NCBI RefSeq assembly: GCF_036321535.1
Contig: NC_087436.1
Span: forward strand, 55,802,001-55,866,000
Source: Camelus dromedarius
Lineage: Eukaryota
Direction of reading: 5' to 3'
Length of the DNA: 64,000 bases
Positions 42,400 through 55,900 of this stretch are shown here, piece after piece. The position numbers and the translations under genes were made by a program. The notes beneath the pieces are model-generated. The model was not told where the DNA came from. It saw only the letters and a list, made by a program, of their open reading frames with translations, and did not search any database. Positions within the stretch are counted from its first letter, which is position 1. Every line of letters begins with the position of its first letter.

Positions 42400-42560
42400 A
42401 TTCTCCAATCTTAAAAACATCCTGGGTGTGCCTATTAAAATGTAAATTCTTTCCCTCTGCTATTACTGAGTGTGATTGACTTGGCATGGGACAAGGCTCA
42501 GTAACCTCACTTTTAATAAACACCCCAAGTGATTATACTGTAGGTAATTAAAGATCCTCA
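42400..42560. mobile_element. MER5-like MITE remnant
   Basis: 'tattaaaatgtaaattc', 'ttttaataaacaccccaagtgattatact'. Confidence 0.45.
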
Positions 42561-43719
42561 CATAATGGTTGGGCTCTTTTTCTGCCCTTTTTCTCTGTTC
42601 TTTCCTCTGACTAGAATTCTGATTCACCCTCATATTTCTGGAAAACTCTTACTGATTCTTTAAAACTTTGGGGTCACTCCCTCTTTTAAGCCACCCTCAT
42701 ACTGTCAATCAGAGAGCTCAGTAAATATTGGATAAATAAATGGAATATCTGCAAATAACTTTCCTTTGCTTTTTTGTTAAAGCCCCAGATGATTTATAAA
42801 TTTTTGCCTGTCTCAAGAGTTCACATAATTCAGTAAACTGAATCCCATTTACATGTATCATGTTAGTAAATATCCCCAAATTAGTGTGATTAACATTTGT
42901 CACATAGCCAAGACAGACCCACCATTTTTTAAAAGGCTGTTTATAAATAATTCTAAACATCTCTCTGTATTTCTGAAGGAAATGTCACGTGAATTTGCCC
43001 TGGAGTACATTAACAATCACAGCATCTGATCAGATTGGTTTCATGGGATCTAGGACAACATCTTTGGTACAGGCTTATTTTAAAAATGGAGTTTCCCTCT
43101 ATTCTCATTTAAGAACCTAGAGGAAGTCCTCCACCTTGAAGTTGGCTTCCTTAGGGTGTTTAAAGAAGAGGAAATTACCTGACATGCTTATTTTTACTCT
43201 TGTGTAAATAAGTTTTTGTTTTTCTTCCTCAGTCTCTTTTTGTTGTTATTCTTTCAGATCAAAACTTCAAAGAAAAGGACTGCTGGATCAGCCATTCATT
43301 TACTAGAGCTGAATTTTTGTTGCTACCAGCTTTTCTTCTCTGATATTCCTTTGCTTTCTATTCTATTTGCATCTATTACACTTTTAGTTCATGCAGGTGA
43401 ACAAAAGTATAGTGTAGTCTTTGCTTAAAAAATTATATTCCATCATATCCCAAAATCTTAGAAAATTTAAAATGCTCTTCCAAGTCTGAAAATGCCTTCA
43501 GATAGAAGCCTCCAGCACATAACTCGATAATTATGTCATTATTGTGTTCTAAAAAATTGTGTTCTAAAAACTTTTCAGAAGCTAGGCTTCAGAACAAACA
43601 GGAGTCAATTTCACCAGGGATATCTCAGACTGAATATCAACGTAATGCACAGTTCCATGTATCTACCCCCCGACTTAAACAAATACTCATTAAAAAATAA
43701 CAAAGTTAAGACAGGTTGG

Positions 43720-43960
43720 CTAGGAGGCAGTACAGTATAGTGACCAAGATCTTGGGATTTGGTAATAGATAGACCTGATCTTATTTTTGCCACTTCTAGC
43801 TATAGACTTTTTATTAAGTTAATAATAGGATCTTTTTTCTTCAACAAAACGGGAATATAACAATATGGCCTATTTTGTATGTTTATGTTGAGATTATATA
43901 AGATCATTTGCATTATTCAGCACAGTCCTTAACTCATAACAACTTAACAAACATTAATAA
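43720..43960 (+). mobile_element. MIR SINE
   Basis: 'ggaggcagtacagtatagtgaccaaga...agacctg...gccacttctagct'. Confidence 0.65.
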
Positions 43961-44086
43961 TTATTGTTATTATTATTACAAGGTATTTGCTGAAATTATG
44001 TGTGACCTTGTAGGACTGCTGCTGCCATCAGGACCACTTTAAAGCCAGTAGCTGCTGACACAGCCCTCAAGAATGTCCATCAGGTA

Positions 44087-46452
44087 CAGGACAAAAACCA
44101 CATGATCATCTCAATAGATGCAGAAAAAGCATTTGATAAAATTCAACACCCATTTATGATAAAAACTCTCACCAAAGTGGGTACAGAGGGAACATATCTC
44201 AACATAATAAAAGCTATATATGACAAACCTACAGCCAGCATAGTACTCAACGGTGAAAAACTCAAAAGCTTCCCACTAAAATCTGGGACAAGACAAGGCT
44301 GCCCACTATCACCACTCCTATTCAACATAGTCTTGGAAGTCCTAGCCACAGCAATCAGGCAAGAGAGAGAAATAAAAGGGATCCAAATTGGAAAAGAAGA
44401 GGTAAAAGTGTCACTATATGCTGATGACATGTTACAATATATATAGAACCCTAAAAGGTCCACACAAACCTACTAGAGCTGATCAAAGAATTCAGCAAGG
44501 TAGCAGGTTACAAGATTAACGTTCACAAATCAGTTGCATTTCTTTACACTAATGATGAATCATCAGGAAAAGAAAGTATAGAAACAATCCCCTTTAAAAT
44601 AGCACCCAAAGTAATAAAATACCTAGGAATAAATCTAACCAAGGAAGTGAAAGAATTATACACAGAGAACTATAAACCAATGATGAAGGAAATTAAAGAA
44701 GACTTTAAAAAATGGAAAGATATTCCATGCTCTTGGATAGGAAGAATCAATATTGTTAAAATGGTCACACTGCCCAAGGCAATCTACAGATTTAATGCAA
44801 TCCCTATCCAATTACCCAGGACATATTTCACAGAACTAGAACAAATCATAATAAAATTCATATGGAACCATCAAAGACCTAGAATTGCCAAAGCATTACT
44901 GAAGAGAAAGAAAGAGGCTGGAGGAATAACTCTCCCACACTTCAGACAATACTATAGAGCTACAGTCATCAAGACAGCATGGTATTGGTACCAAAACAGA
45001 CATATACACCAATGGAACAGAACAGAGAGGCCAGAAATGAACCCAGGAACTTTTGGTCAACTCATCTTCGACAAAGGAGGCAAGAATATACAATGAAAGA
45101 AAGACAGTTTCTTCAGCAAATGGTGTTGGGAAAACTGGACAGCAGCATGTAAAGCAATGAAGCTAGAACACTCCCTTACACCATAAACAAAAATAAACTC
45201 AAAATGGATCAAAAACTTAAACATAAGACAAGATATGATAAACCTCCCAGAAGAAAATGTAAGCAAAACATTATCTGACATGCATCTAAAGAATGTTCTC
45301 CTAGGACAGTCTACCCAAGCAATAGAAATAAAAGCAAGAATAAACAAATGGGACTTAATGAAACTTATAAGCTTCTGCACAGCAAAGGAAACAAGTAAAA
45401 TAAAAAGACAACCTACGGAATGGGAGAAAATGTTTGCAAATGAAACCGATAAAGCCTTGATCTCCAGAATATATAAGCAGCTCATAAGACTTAATAAGAA
45501 AAAAACAAACAACCCAATCCAAAAATGGGCAGAAGACCTAAACAAGCAGTTCTCCAAGGAAGACATACAAATGATCAATAGGCACATGAAAAAATGCTCA
45601 ATATCACTAATTATCAGAGAAATGCAAATCAAAACTACAATGAGGTATCATCTCACACAAGTCAGAATGGCCATCATTCAAAAATCCACAAATGACAAAT
45701 GCTGGAGAGGCTGTGGAGAAAGGGGAACCCTCCTACACTGCTGGTGGGAATGCAGTTTGGTGCAGCCACTGTGGAGAACAGTATGGAGATTCCTCAAAAG
45801 ACTAGGAATAGACTTACCATATGACCCAGGAATCCCACTCTTGGGCACATACCCAGAAGGAACCCTACTTCAAAATGACACCTGCACCCCAATGTTCATA
45901 GCAGCACTATTTTCAATAGCCAAGACATGGAAACAGCCTAAATATCCATCAACAAATGACTGGATAAAGAAGAGGTGGTATATTTATACAATGGAATACT
46001 ATTCAGCCCTAAAAACCGACAACATAATGCCATTTGCAGCAACATGGATGTTACTGGAGAATGACATTCTAAGTGAAGTAAGCCAGAAAGAGAAAGAAAA
46101 ATACCACATGAGATCGCTCATATGTGGAATCTAAACACAAAACAAAACAAAACATAAATACAAAACAGAAACAGACTCACTGACATAGAATACAAACTTG
46201 TGGTTGCCAAGGGGGCGGGGGGTGGGAAGGGACAGACTAGGATTTCAAAATGTAGAATAGATAAACAAGATTATACTGTATATATAGCACAGGGAAATAT
46301 ATACAAGATCTTATGGTAGCTCACAGCAGAAAAAAAAGTAAGACAATGAATATATATATGTTCATGTATAACTGAAAAATTGTGCTCTACACTGGAATTT
46401 GACACAACATTGTAAAACGACTATAACTCAATAAAAAAAAGTTAAGAAAAAA
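44087..46452 (+). mobile_element. young 5'-truncated LINE-1 (lineage-specific) with poly(A) tail and 18-bp TSD
   Basis: exact TSD aagaatgtccatcaggta at 44069-44086 and 46453-46470; 3' UTR with G-rich tract, AATAAA and A-tail. Confidence 0.97.
44102..46134 (+). pseudogene. ORF2: disrupted L1 ORF2 (RT C-terminal half and Cys-rich C-terminus)
   Basis: [10 protein letters not shown] and YADD RT motifs; [18 protein letters not shown] motif; stops at 44444, 45094 and ~45184 plus a frameshift at ~44470. Confidence 0.95.
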
Positions 46453-47309
46453 AAGAATGTCCATCAGGTAGGCACTAGACCTCAAGATATGAGTTAAAAA
46501 GGACTGAGAAAAAGCTGTAATACCTTTATTCCATCTTCACAGAGGCAGTAGATCACAAAGTATCCAGTACTATTGTTCTTCAAATTATGATTCAAAGGGT
46601 AATGTTCTATATTGCCTGTCTATAGTATATATATGAAATGCATCATTGAATCCTTGAGCTACTGCTGTGAACTCTACTTGACAATCTCTGATTATGTCTC
46701 TTTGAGTCACAAACAAGCCCAAGAGGTAGGTTTTCAGGGTATGATTATCCTCATATGTCCCTTATGGCATCTTCATCTTGAGGTATATCTGAGGAGATAG
46801 TTTATTCTCAGAACTAATACAATCAAATTTACACAGAACTCCAGGACATGAGTTAGCTCCCAAGTTTATAAATTCATGCCAAACAGTTATTGCTATTACT
46901 ATTAATAATACGTAATAGTAATTATTTTTAAAGCCCAAAGTTTTGTTCTCCTTTATAGAGTCTGTGGTTCTGATGGTGGGAATGATCATAAAATAGGTAT
47001 GGGTCTTAGCAACTATTAACAAATAATTTTTAGTCCAGAATATACATGGTTCCACATCATTCATACAGACTCTGCATATTTTATCAATAATGGCAAAATA
47101 AAGACACAACAATGAGAGGCCACCAAAATTTGTGAAGGACTAGACATGTAAGTATTAACATGACCTCAGAGGTAGATGTATAAGATGATAGTAATACAAC
47201 ACACAATTAGAAAGTAATTGAGGAAATGTAGGGAAATATAAAATAAACCATTAACTTCTACATCTTATGATCTCTATCTTTACTTCAAATGGTAGATTTT
47301 CACGAATTA

Positions 47310-47530
47310 CCAATTATTGAGCCACAACTATGAACCAGGCACTGCTGGCACTTTGCTTTGCAATCTCTAATTCTCAAATATCCAGGGATCCTCATTATAG
47401 ATAAATTATGTATTTAGTATATGAATTCACAGGAATTCAAGGCTCTTCACCAAGATCTAATAGCTTAATGGGCAGAGCCTGACAGTCAACCCATCTTTGC
47501 ATAGATCTAAAAATCCATGTTAAAAGCTTC
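47310..47530 (-). mobile_element. MIR SINE
   Basis: 'tattgagccacaactatgaaccaggcactg', 'aatgggcagagcctg'. Confidence 0.55.
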
Positions 47531-47911
47531 TACAGTCTACATATAATTGTAAGAATTAATTTACTTATGATAGGTGATTTGCATTGCTGGGTTGGACTAT
47601 ACTCAACTCACAAAAAGCAGAATTTTGATCTGTATACTAAATGTTTTAGGGAAAGCCATTTGATCAGTTTCAACTTTGGGTTTTTTCCCCTCTTGTCCAA
47701 GAGGTTAGACTTAACTGAAGTTCCCTTTAGTTTGAAATTGATGTCATCATTGATGGGTGACCTCTTCAAATGAGATGACTGATATAAGAAAAGCAGCAAG
47801 GGGATATCTGTTGTGTTATTTCATATAACGTATTTAGTTTTGTGATCATGTTACACTTATTTCAGTTAATCTGCCATTAATTATGTTAGCCCACATACAT
47901 GGTGAATAAAA

Positions 47912-49470
47912 ACATCTGCATGAAACATTTATTTTCAATTATTAAGGAGTAGTATAGTCTTTTCTAAATTTCAAATTTTAAATAAAATAATATTTTTTAA
48001 ATGTTTCCTTCAACCCTCCCTGTGCTCATAAATTTCATCCTTACAAATACTTTGTGTAAATTTAGCCTACATCTTTCTACTCCAATGTAAATCATGTTTG
48101 CTTACACATTTAGTTTAAAAGCCTGGAATATTTGAAGGCTAGATGTGCACTGTATTTCCTTTCAAAGACCCTGACTTAAAAACGTAAGTTTTATTCAAAA
48201 TTGACAGTGAATTTGGATATCCCTTTGGCTATTCACATAATAAAGACTAGATTTTATATATTTTTATAAGAGACTATCACTGATAAAGAAACTTTATGGA
48301 TTAAAACAACATTAATACACATCTCTACCACAACTGCTAAGATAAAATCACTTATGAAGGACAAGAATTCTATTCCAGGTGTTTTTAGTGTAATTTTAAG
48401 TCATTTGAAAAAGGAACAGAAGAAAAATACTATATTCATTCATTTACATGTCAAGATTCAGTTAAGAAAATAAAGTATCATAATGCAAAAAAAGCCATAT
48501 ATATATACACCCACAAGTGTAAAATTAATATTCAATAGTATCATGCCACCCAAGAATGAAATTAATTTTAAAATCTCTTCAAAATACATATTCAACAGTC
48601 AAAATAACCAAGACTGCCATAAGTTAGCTTTTATAGTCATTTAAAAGGTATACTCATAGGATGGAAAAAATTATGAGAAATTTCAATAGAAAGTAATATG
48701 GTTTTTGTAAATGGTAAAAACATATAAATAAGTATTAAAGTAAATAACAAAAACTAAAATATCTGGTACAATAATCAGCTACTCAGATTAATTATTTCAC
48801 TCTCCTCCACTTAATTTTGTATTGCTGAGAGATACAATCATGCCTGAACAACATTATAAAATACACAATTGTGATGGTAATTAGAAAATTCTTGTTTACA
48901 ATATATATGCATTTTCTTTTTTCTTCACATGACTTAAAATAAATAGCATAACTTAACATATTCATATAATTTTCATACTGTTGAGAATGTTACCAAGTAT
49001 AAATGCCATAAAAACAGTATGTGCTAACAGTATTATATATAAAATATTAATATACGTTCATGGTAGTTTCAGGCTGTAATTTTTTTTGTGCAGTTATTTC
49101 AATGGTGAAAAATCTGTTTCTATCAGCTGATGATGGTTACAAATGGTAGCCTTTTCCATTTAAATACACTCTGTGAACTACCAATTTTGAAATTGTAGAA
49201 AGAATCTCAAGTGTCAGGCTCAATGCAATGAAGAATAGTTTTCTCCTATCAAACAGCTTAATGCCACAGACCTAGCACGAGTCATACATATCCAGACCTT
49301 GAACTCACTGGTGCATTCAGAAGAAGCCAAAGATCAATGTTTGATAGAGCAGGTCAGTTACGGCCGTTTTAACTGGAGGATGATGGTTTGCGATCATTTT
49401 GGTGCCTTAGGGCATTGTGAACTTCTTGCCAATTCCACAAAAGAGATCAATCTTGTTTTTCTGAACTGTT
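47912..49470 (-). other. putative terminal exon / 3' UTR of an unidentified minus-strand gene
   Basis: acceptor ttctaat...cttctactcctgattatcAG at 49471-49472; ~1.56 kb AU-rich stretch with no recognisable repeats; AATAAA at 48190-48195 and 47928-47933; Pumilio-type TGTATATA at 48502-48509. Confidence 0.55.
47928..47933 (-). promoter_or_regulatory. polyadenylation signal (distal)
   Basis: minus AATAAA followed by a CA ~13 nt downstream and a U/GU-rich element (gatgtttttattc). Confidence 0.5.
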
Positions 49471-49669
49471 CTGATAATCAGGAGTAGAAGACTAGATTTT
49501 TTAAGCAAATTAGAAATTATTGTTCAGTATGATGTCATGCCTTACATCTGTATGTTACTTTAAAATTAGTTCTTTTCAAAACACACATTAGGCCATAAAC
49601 CCCAGGAGCAATCACAGCAACTTGTTTTGTGTTTTCAAAGTAATTAAAAACAATACTGAAGCCACAAGG

Positions 49670-50000
49670 CTAATAATAATAGCTAGTTTTTATTGAGTAT
49701 GTACTATGTACCAGTAACTATTCTAGCAACCTTAACATTAATTAATTGGTTTAATTTTCAGAACACTTTTTGAGGTAGATATGACTAATATCCTTGTCCT
49801 ACAGATGAAAAAATTGAGCACAGGTTGGTTAAGTAATTTGCTTGACTAATAAAAGGTAGAGTCTTCTGACTTTAGAGGCCACATTCCTCATGAAAGCTAT
49901 GCATTAGATATGTGATCATAAGCAAATTACTTAACATTGCTGACCCTGCCTTTCTTTCTTGTAAAAATGTGGATAATAACATCACATTAGGTTATTTTGA
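49670..50000. mobile_element. two MIR fragments (minus, then plus)
   Basis: 'tattgagtatgtactatgtacca...acagatgaaaaaattgagc' and 'tgtgatcataagcaaattacttaac...tgtaaaaatgtggataata'. Confidence 0.7.
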
Positions 50001-50280
50001 GGACCTTTTTTTTTTTCTTAATAATACAGACATTTGTATTTGGGAATTCTTCTTGCAGTGAACAGGAGCACACATCAGGAAGTTGTGGCCATTCAAATAC
50101 AACCATAAACCAGTCTATGCATTTCAATCAGATAGAAATAAAGTAGAACTTTTACTGCCCAGGTAATAAAAAAAAGAGCTGAAAAGCCAAAGGAGATGGT
50201 GGAGCAAACCAACGATTAACAAGGGGAGAGAGCAGCTTCCACTGCTGGGCTGGCAGGACTTAGGAGGCTGGCTGTCCTAC

Positions 50281-50440
50281 CTGAGCTCAGGCTGCAGGCA
50301 AGGCAGATCGGAGCTAGAGCCACAGAGGAGAAGCAGCTGCTGCTGAAGACGTCATTCAATGCAGAAAGAGAGGAAAAGTTGTAACGTTTTCCCTTCTTTT
50401 CGGCCTCCTCCTCTCTTGGCAAGTCAGGTGACACAGGAGC
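50281..50440 (-). other. putative internal exon (160 nt) of the minus-strand gene
   Basis: acceptor gaggtttgcattttccAG, donor CAG|GTAGGA; GC/CpG-richer than its flanks; phase-0 frame open (APVSPDLPREEEAEKKGKRYNFSS...). Confidence 0.5.
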
Positions 50441-51264
50441 CTGGAAAATGCAAACCTCAGAGGTCAGCTCTCCTCCACTGAGATCAGAGCAAAGCAGCCA
50501 AAGAGTGAAGAAAGGTCAGAGTGCAATAAGTTCGGGATACAATCATAATAAAACTGTAAACCCTAACAGTTCTCATGTTTTAAGTCTAATTCTTCTGTAT
50601 TTTATTTCATTTTTGCCTGAGGACACTTTCTAGACTCTCTTCCATCTCTCATCTTCTTAACTGGCACACTGCACTGTAAAGAGTTACATGAATTCCACCT
50701 TTAAAAAGTAGGAAGGTTATTATATATTGTAATCATATTTTAAGGATTATTGTGATCGATATATAATGTGATAATCTTAACTTTACTTCCAAACAATCTC
50801 TATATTTAGTAATAAGGGTTTTGATGTTTTGTGTATCCTGCTTTTCCCAATGATTTCCCACAGAAAAGTAAAAATTTGCCCCATGGTCTAAAAAGTATGA
50901 AGGGAATCAGGACATAAAAGGAAATAAACACATTCACCTCTAATACTCAGTGAAGGTTTTACAACCAAAGTTTTATTTATAAGGAAAAGAAAGAATACAA
51001 TGAACTAGATCTATAATAATAGCTACTGTAGTAAATAAAAGTGGCTGTGCATTACATTATCATTGGTGAACATTAAGGGCAGGATCTCAAATTCTACTTG
51101 AATTCTACAGAGGGCCAAAGTACAAATTTCTAACCTCCTGGCTTGAGATTCTTATGGATGCATTTCAACAACCCTTTTAAGAGTTTTAGAAATAAATAAA
51201 ATCTCTACAGATTCTATGTTAACATTTTAGTATTTATATATTAGCTATTTTCCCCTTACAAAGG

Positions 51265-51690
51265 AAAAGTCTGGATTTCCTAGGAAATAGACTTTGAGTC
51301 ACAGATTTGAATACAGAAAGTTTATTGAGGAGTGCTCAAGGGAACACTACTTGTAAGGCACTGAAATAAGTCAGACTGAGTAGAGAGAGGAGCTGGACAG
51401 CTATTAGATTACAACAAAAAATTCAGCTGAATCTGAAAGCCGCTTTGCAGCTGAGATATCCAACACTGAGGCAAGGGAGCTGAGCCTTTAAAACTCAGCA
51501 TTGATTAGTCATTAGATGAAGATTATCCCTAAGAAGCGGAGTGACCTTTGGCAATAAAGCTACCTTTAAATGAAGCCAGTTTCCAAGAAGGACACAATAG
51601 AAAGGTGTCAGCCACCAACACTCCCAGTGGCTGAAGGAATGAGAACTTTAGTCCTCAAAATGGCGAGAGGGTGATTTGGGCATCCATTGT
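51265..51690 (-). mobile_element. ERVL LTR (LTR16-like)
   Basis: 'ggaaatagactttgagtcacagatttgaatacagaaagtttattgaggagtgctc'. Confidence 0.65.
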
Positions 51691-51725
51691 AATACGAGAG
51701 GGTGATTTGGGCATCCGTTGTAATA
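51664..51725. repeat. 31-bp tandem duplication (1 mismatch)
   Basis: cgagagggtgatttgggcatcc[a/g]ttgtaata x2. Confidence 0.95.
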
Positions 51726-51856
51726 ACGGTATTCAATATTCAACAGGTACTTCATACCAGTGGAAGATGAGACACTAAATACACTGTTACGAAAAGTGAT
51801 TTATGTTTTATATTAGATTTTTGGCTACCATTTTCTCAATCCTTGGTACAACAGAA

Positions 51857-52422
51857 TGTGGCAGACAGCCTTCTAAGACTGCACTCAATAACCCCTGCCT
51901 CCTGGTATTTATGCTGTTGTGTAACCCCATTCGTCCATGTGTGGGTTGGATCCAGGGACTTGCTTCTAACAAATGGAATGTGGTAAAAAATAATGGGGTG
52001 CCGTTTTCAAGACTTGATTACTATGGCTGTGACTTCTCAATAGCCCTCTGTCTCTGTCTTGCTCACTCTGATGAAGCCAGATGCCCTACTGTAAGCTGCT
52101 CCATGGAGAAGCTCACTGAGTGATGAACTGAGAGGGTGACCTCTATCAGTAGGGAGACTAAGGTCTTCAGTACAATAGCCCAAAAGAAGCCAAATCCCAC
52201 CAAGAAGCACTAGTGAGCTTGGAAGCATATTATACACTAGTTAAAATTTGAGATAATTGTAAACTTGATCAACAACTTGATTGCAGCCTTATGAGAGGCC
52301 CTGAGTGTGAGGACCTAGTTATACCATGCCTGAATTTCTGAAAAAGGAACTGTGAGAAAATATATATCATTTTAAGCCAGTGAGTTTTGGGGTAATTTTT
52401 TACACAGAATAAATAACTAGGC
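51857..52422 (+). mobile_element. MaLR solo LTR (MLT1E/F-like)
   Basis: 'tgtggcagacagccttctaaga...acccctgcctcctggtatt' to 'gagttttggggtaatt...ataactag'. Confidence 0.8.
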
Positions 52423-52740
52423 AAAAATTATTCTCTTATAAACTTTTCTTTCAGTGCCTGGCATGGTATCATATCAAAGGCTTGTTAAATTGAATTTCAC
52501 TCTTATCTCAAATTTTACTTATTTTATGCGAAGTTATAATGGGAGGACAGAATTTATGGAATTCCTTTCCAGGAATAATTTCTTAGGGAAAACTCCAAAC
52601 TGAATATTTATGGTGGAAGGGTATCTTCCCAAGATATCACGCTAATGGTAAAATATTGTCAAAACATTGCCCTGCATGATAGAGAAAAAGAGAAACTTGA
52701 AATTCTGGGGAAACCCCACAAGGAAAAATAGCTGAGACTT

Positions 52741-52997
52741 TTTAAATTTATTTTTTCTACTTTTTATTGCGGTATAGTCAGTTTACAATGTTGTATCAAT
52801 TTCTGGTGTACAGCACAATTCTTCAGTCATACATGAATATACATATATTCATTTTCATATTCTTCTTCACCATGAACTACTGCAAGACATTGAATATATT
52901 TCCCTATGCCATATAGTATAAACTTGTTTATCTATTTTATATATACCAGTCAGTATCTGCATCTCTCGTACTCCCAGTTTATCCCTTTCCACCCCAC
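52741..52997 (-). mobile_element. short L1 3'-UTR insertion (lineage-specific)
   Basis: reverse-complement similarity to the 46200-46440 L1 3' UTR; T-rich tail; 14-bp TSD aatag[c/t]tgagactt at 52727-52740 and 52998-53011. Confidence 0.9.
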
Positions 52998-55900
52998 AAT
53001 AGTTGAGACTTAAAGAATTTGTGCTGTTTAGGGAAGAGAAATCCCTTGGCATTACCAAGAACAAATAATGTTAATTGGAAATATTTTAGTGGAATTCCAT
53101 GTACTGCCTTATGTTGTGTCTCTAGCAACCTCACATTTTTTGTTAAGACTACAAAAAAATAATGAAATACTTGGTAAAACAATACATTTTGAAAGGTAAT
53201 GAAAGGGCATGGTCCTGTGTCAGACTGTGGAGAATCTGAAGTCCTCATCCAAAGTGAAAGATGAGGGGCCGAGTCCCACATATATTTATTATTTAGTGCC
53301 ACACGGCCACCGGTAATGCAGTACCATATCAGTTAACACAAAAACCTTGTGAAAGTCTTTGTCTGAGATGTTATGAGTTTGCTGGGTGTAGGTGTATAAG
53401 TTGAAGATTCCCCCAATGAGATAATAAAGTTGTAATATAAACTATTATTAAGTGTTATCATGACCCTAATGGTAATATAGTGCCTGAGTCAGTATTTCCA
53501 AAGAATTTTTATCTATGCCCAGATAGATGCCACAAGTTTTGAATATCCAGAAGCTGAAAAGATCCTCCAGAATGGGTAAGAAAATTATAATATTAAAAAT
53601 CTGTAACAACTTCAACTAATATAGCAGGGAATGCATTCAGTTGTAAAGAGAGATATTTTCTGAAAGTTGTATAGCTTCATTTCATTTCATATGGAATGTA
53701 AGTATAATATTTAGTTCAACTAAATATCTAATCTCAACATAATTCATCATCTAAATACTGAGAAGGAAAAAAAAAAAAAAAAACCAGAAGGCTAACCCTT
53801 ATGACTACTGGTTCAGCGTACTTGTTTCCCAGGAGATTGTTTTTAAAGAAATTTAAGTATGACCCACAATTTTACCCTTGGTTACCCTTTCTAATTGCAT
53901 TGCTCAAGACTATCTCAGAACCCTCCAAGGAGAACTGATGTAGGAGAAAAGAATGCTGAGATTTTGAATATAAACAATTATTGATATAATATCCAACACA
54001 ACAAGCAATAATACCTGAGATAGGACACAATCTAAACAGAACATAACAGAGGAGCCAGTTCTTCAGGAAAGAAGATGTTTTGATTTTCAAAATTCTGATA
54101 ACAAACACTGTACTTTTCAACAGAACCTCAATCTAAGAGGACAAGTTTTTGATTTTATCCAATAACTATCTCACTAAGAACCTCATTTACACATTGCTAC
54201 AGTAAGGGATACAGATCTGAGTAAGACAGATTCACCACCTAAGCCACAGTCACAGAACCATATAGGGATTTCCGAATGTCAAAAACTAAAACATTTCCAA
54301 AATAAGGCTCATTATTAAAGTACAACAAGAATAAATTATTTGACTAATAATTGCTAGTAGTAATGAGAATAGTTTACCCAAACCAAAAGCATGACTAAGG
54401 GGCAATGAGGGTATTTTAAAATGAAATAATGCAAACGTCGTAGGTATAACAAGCAAAATGATCAACTAGGATGCTCTTATAATTACAGTTTCTCTTGACT
54501 GGGATAAAGGTAATGATGTTTTTAAAAATTATTTTAAGGCAGTAGAAAAAAAGCGGGTCTAGAAACAGCAACGGAAAACTGAGTAAAAGAATATTTACAT
54601 TGAGAATCTTGAAACATCTCTATACACTAAAGTGTCAGTCTGTGGGACACTTTTTCAAAGGAAATTGTCAAAGTCCTTGTGGCTGAGTGATTAAACATGA
54701 AATAGGTAAAGGACTGGAAAACACACTACAAAGAACAACTTCTCTCCAGAAAAGAAATATATTGGATGACTTAATGATCATCTCTGATGTTGCAGATGCT
54801 ACGATTTTAGAATGGCCCAATAAGGAAACACAAAAAAACACTGGTGAATCCAGGGATGTATGAAGGTGTGTACCAGTGTGAATGTATAAGTATATACATC
54901 TATGTGGCAAATAGGTATTAATATGCATATATACACACATATATTATAATTACATCTTTCTTAACTCACTTTCTAAATTGAAAATGAACAACCCAGGGAA
55001 GAAATTTTTTTTGAGAGATTAGCATTTTCAGAGAAACATTTCATGAATGTAGGGTGTTCTTTGTTCCTGCTGAATTTAAAGGGAAATTTAATCCCCTTTC
55101 TTTATTTCCCTGAACATCATTAAGTTCCAGCATAGGTAATTTGTCATCAACTTAGAGTTTTGTCTTCCATTTGTTTCTCTTTAAACAATTATAAAAAGAA
55201 GCTAATGGTACTTTCTGTAGTTTCTCTTTAAAAAGTCTTAAAAACAGTATAAAGAGTTCATTCTGAAGTGAAGAAAGGGATGCCTACAGGCAAGGAATCA
55301 GATAAAACCCCACTGCAGGTCTACGTCTACAGAGAAGCCCATGGAGAAGCTAATGGGACCATTTCTCTGTTCAGTGCTAAGCAGAACCTTAGCTTATCTT
55401 TAGGGCTTAGGCTGAATTGTTCCTTTTCTCCTTCACATACTTCAAGCTGAAAGTTAAGTTTCCTTTGGTGGGAGCACAGTGCAAGAGGTGAAACATTAAC
55501 AGAGATACAATGTCACTTGGCTCCCCAAATCTGTCAGTGACTAGTGTCAGCTGAGTATTCTTTCACCTTGGACCTAACAGTGAATTCTAAATGTATAAAT
55601 TAAAAGGGATCAACCAAAGGTCATCCTTATTTAATCTTATCTCTCTTTAACAACTATTAGAGAACAATTGTTAATACATAAGAACAGTTGTCTGTCAGTT
55701 CCAAAGAGAAAAAGAGAAACAGTGTAAGAGAAATTCTATATTATTTATATCATTGTATCTGCTGTACTAAATTGTAATCAAATTGAATCTATATACATAT
55801 ACGACATATATGTGTGTGTATGTGTGTATATATATATACACAATAATCTTATCATTTAAATTGTATGTGAGACCAGAGATGGAAAATAATATATTATTCT

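Noticed and set aside
44143..45632. Minus-strand ORFs of 106, 65 and 191 aa
   Set aside because: Antisense shadows of L1 ORF2
30680..51725. CRISPR-like reading of the 31-bp direct repeats
   Set aside because: Each is a two-copy duplication without spacers, and the DNA is mammalian
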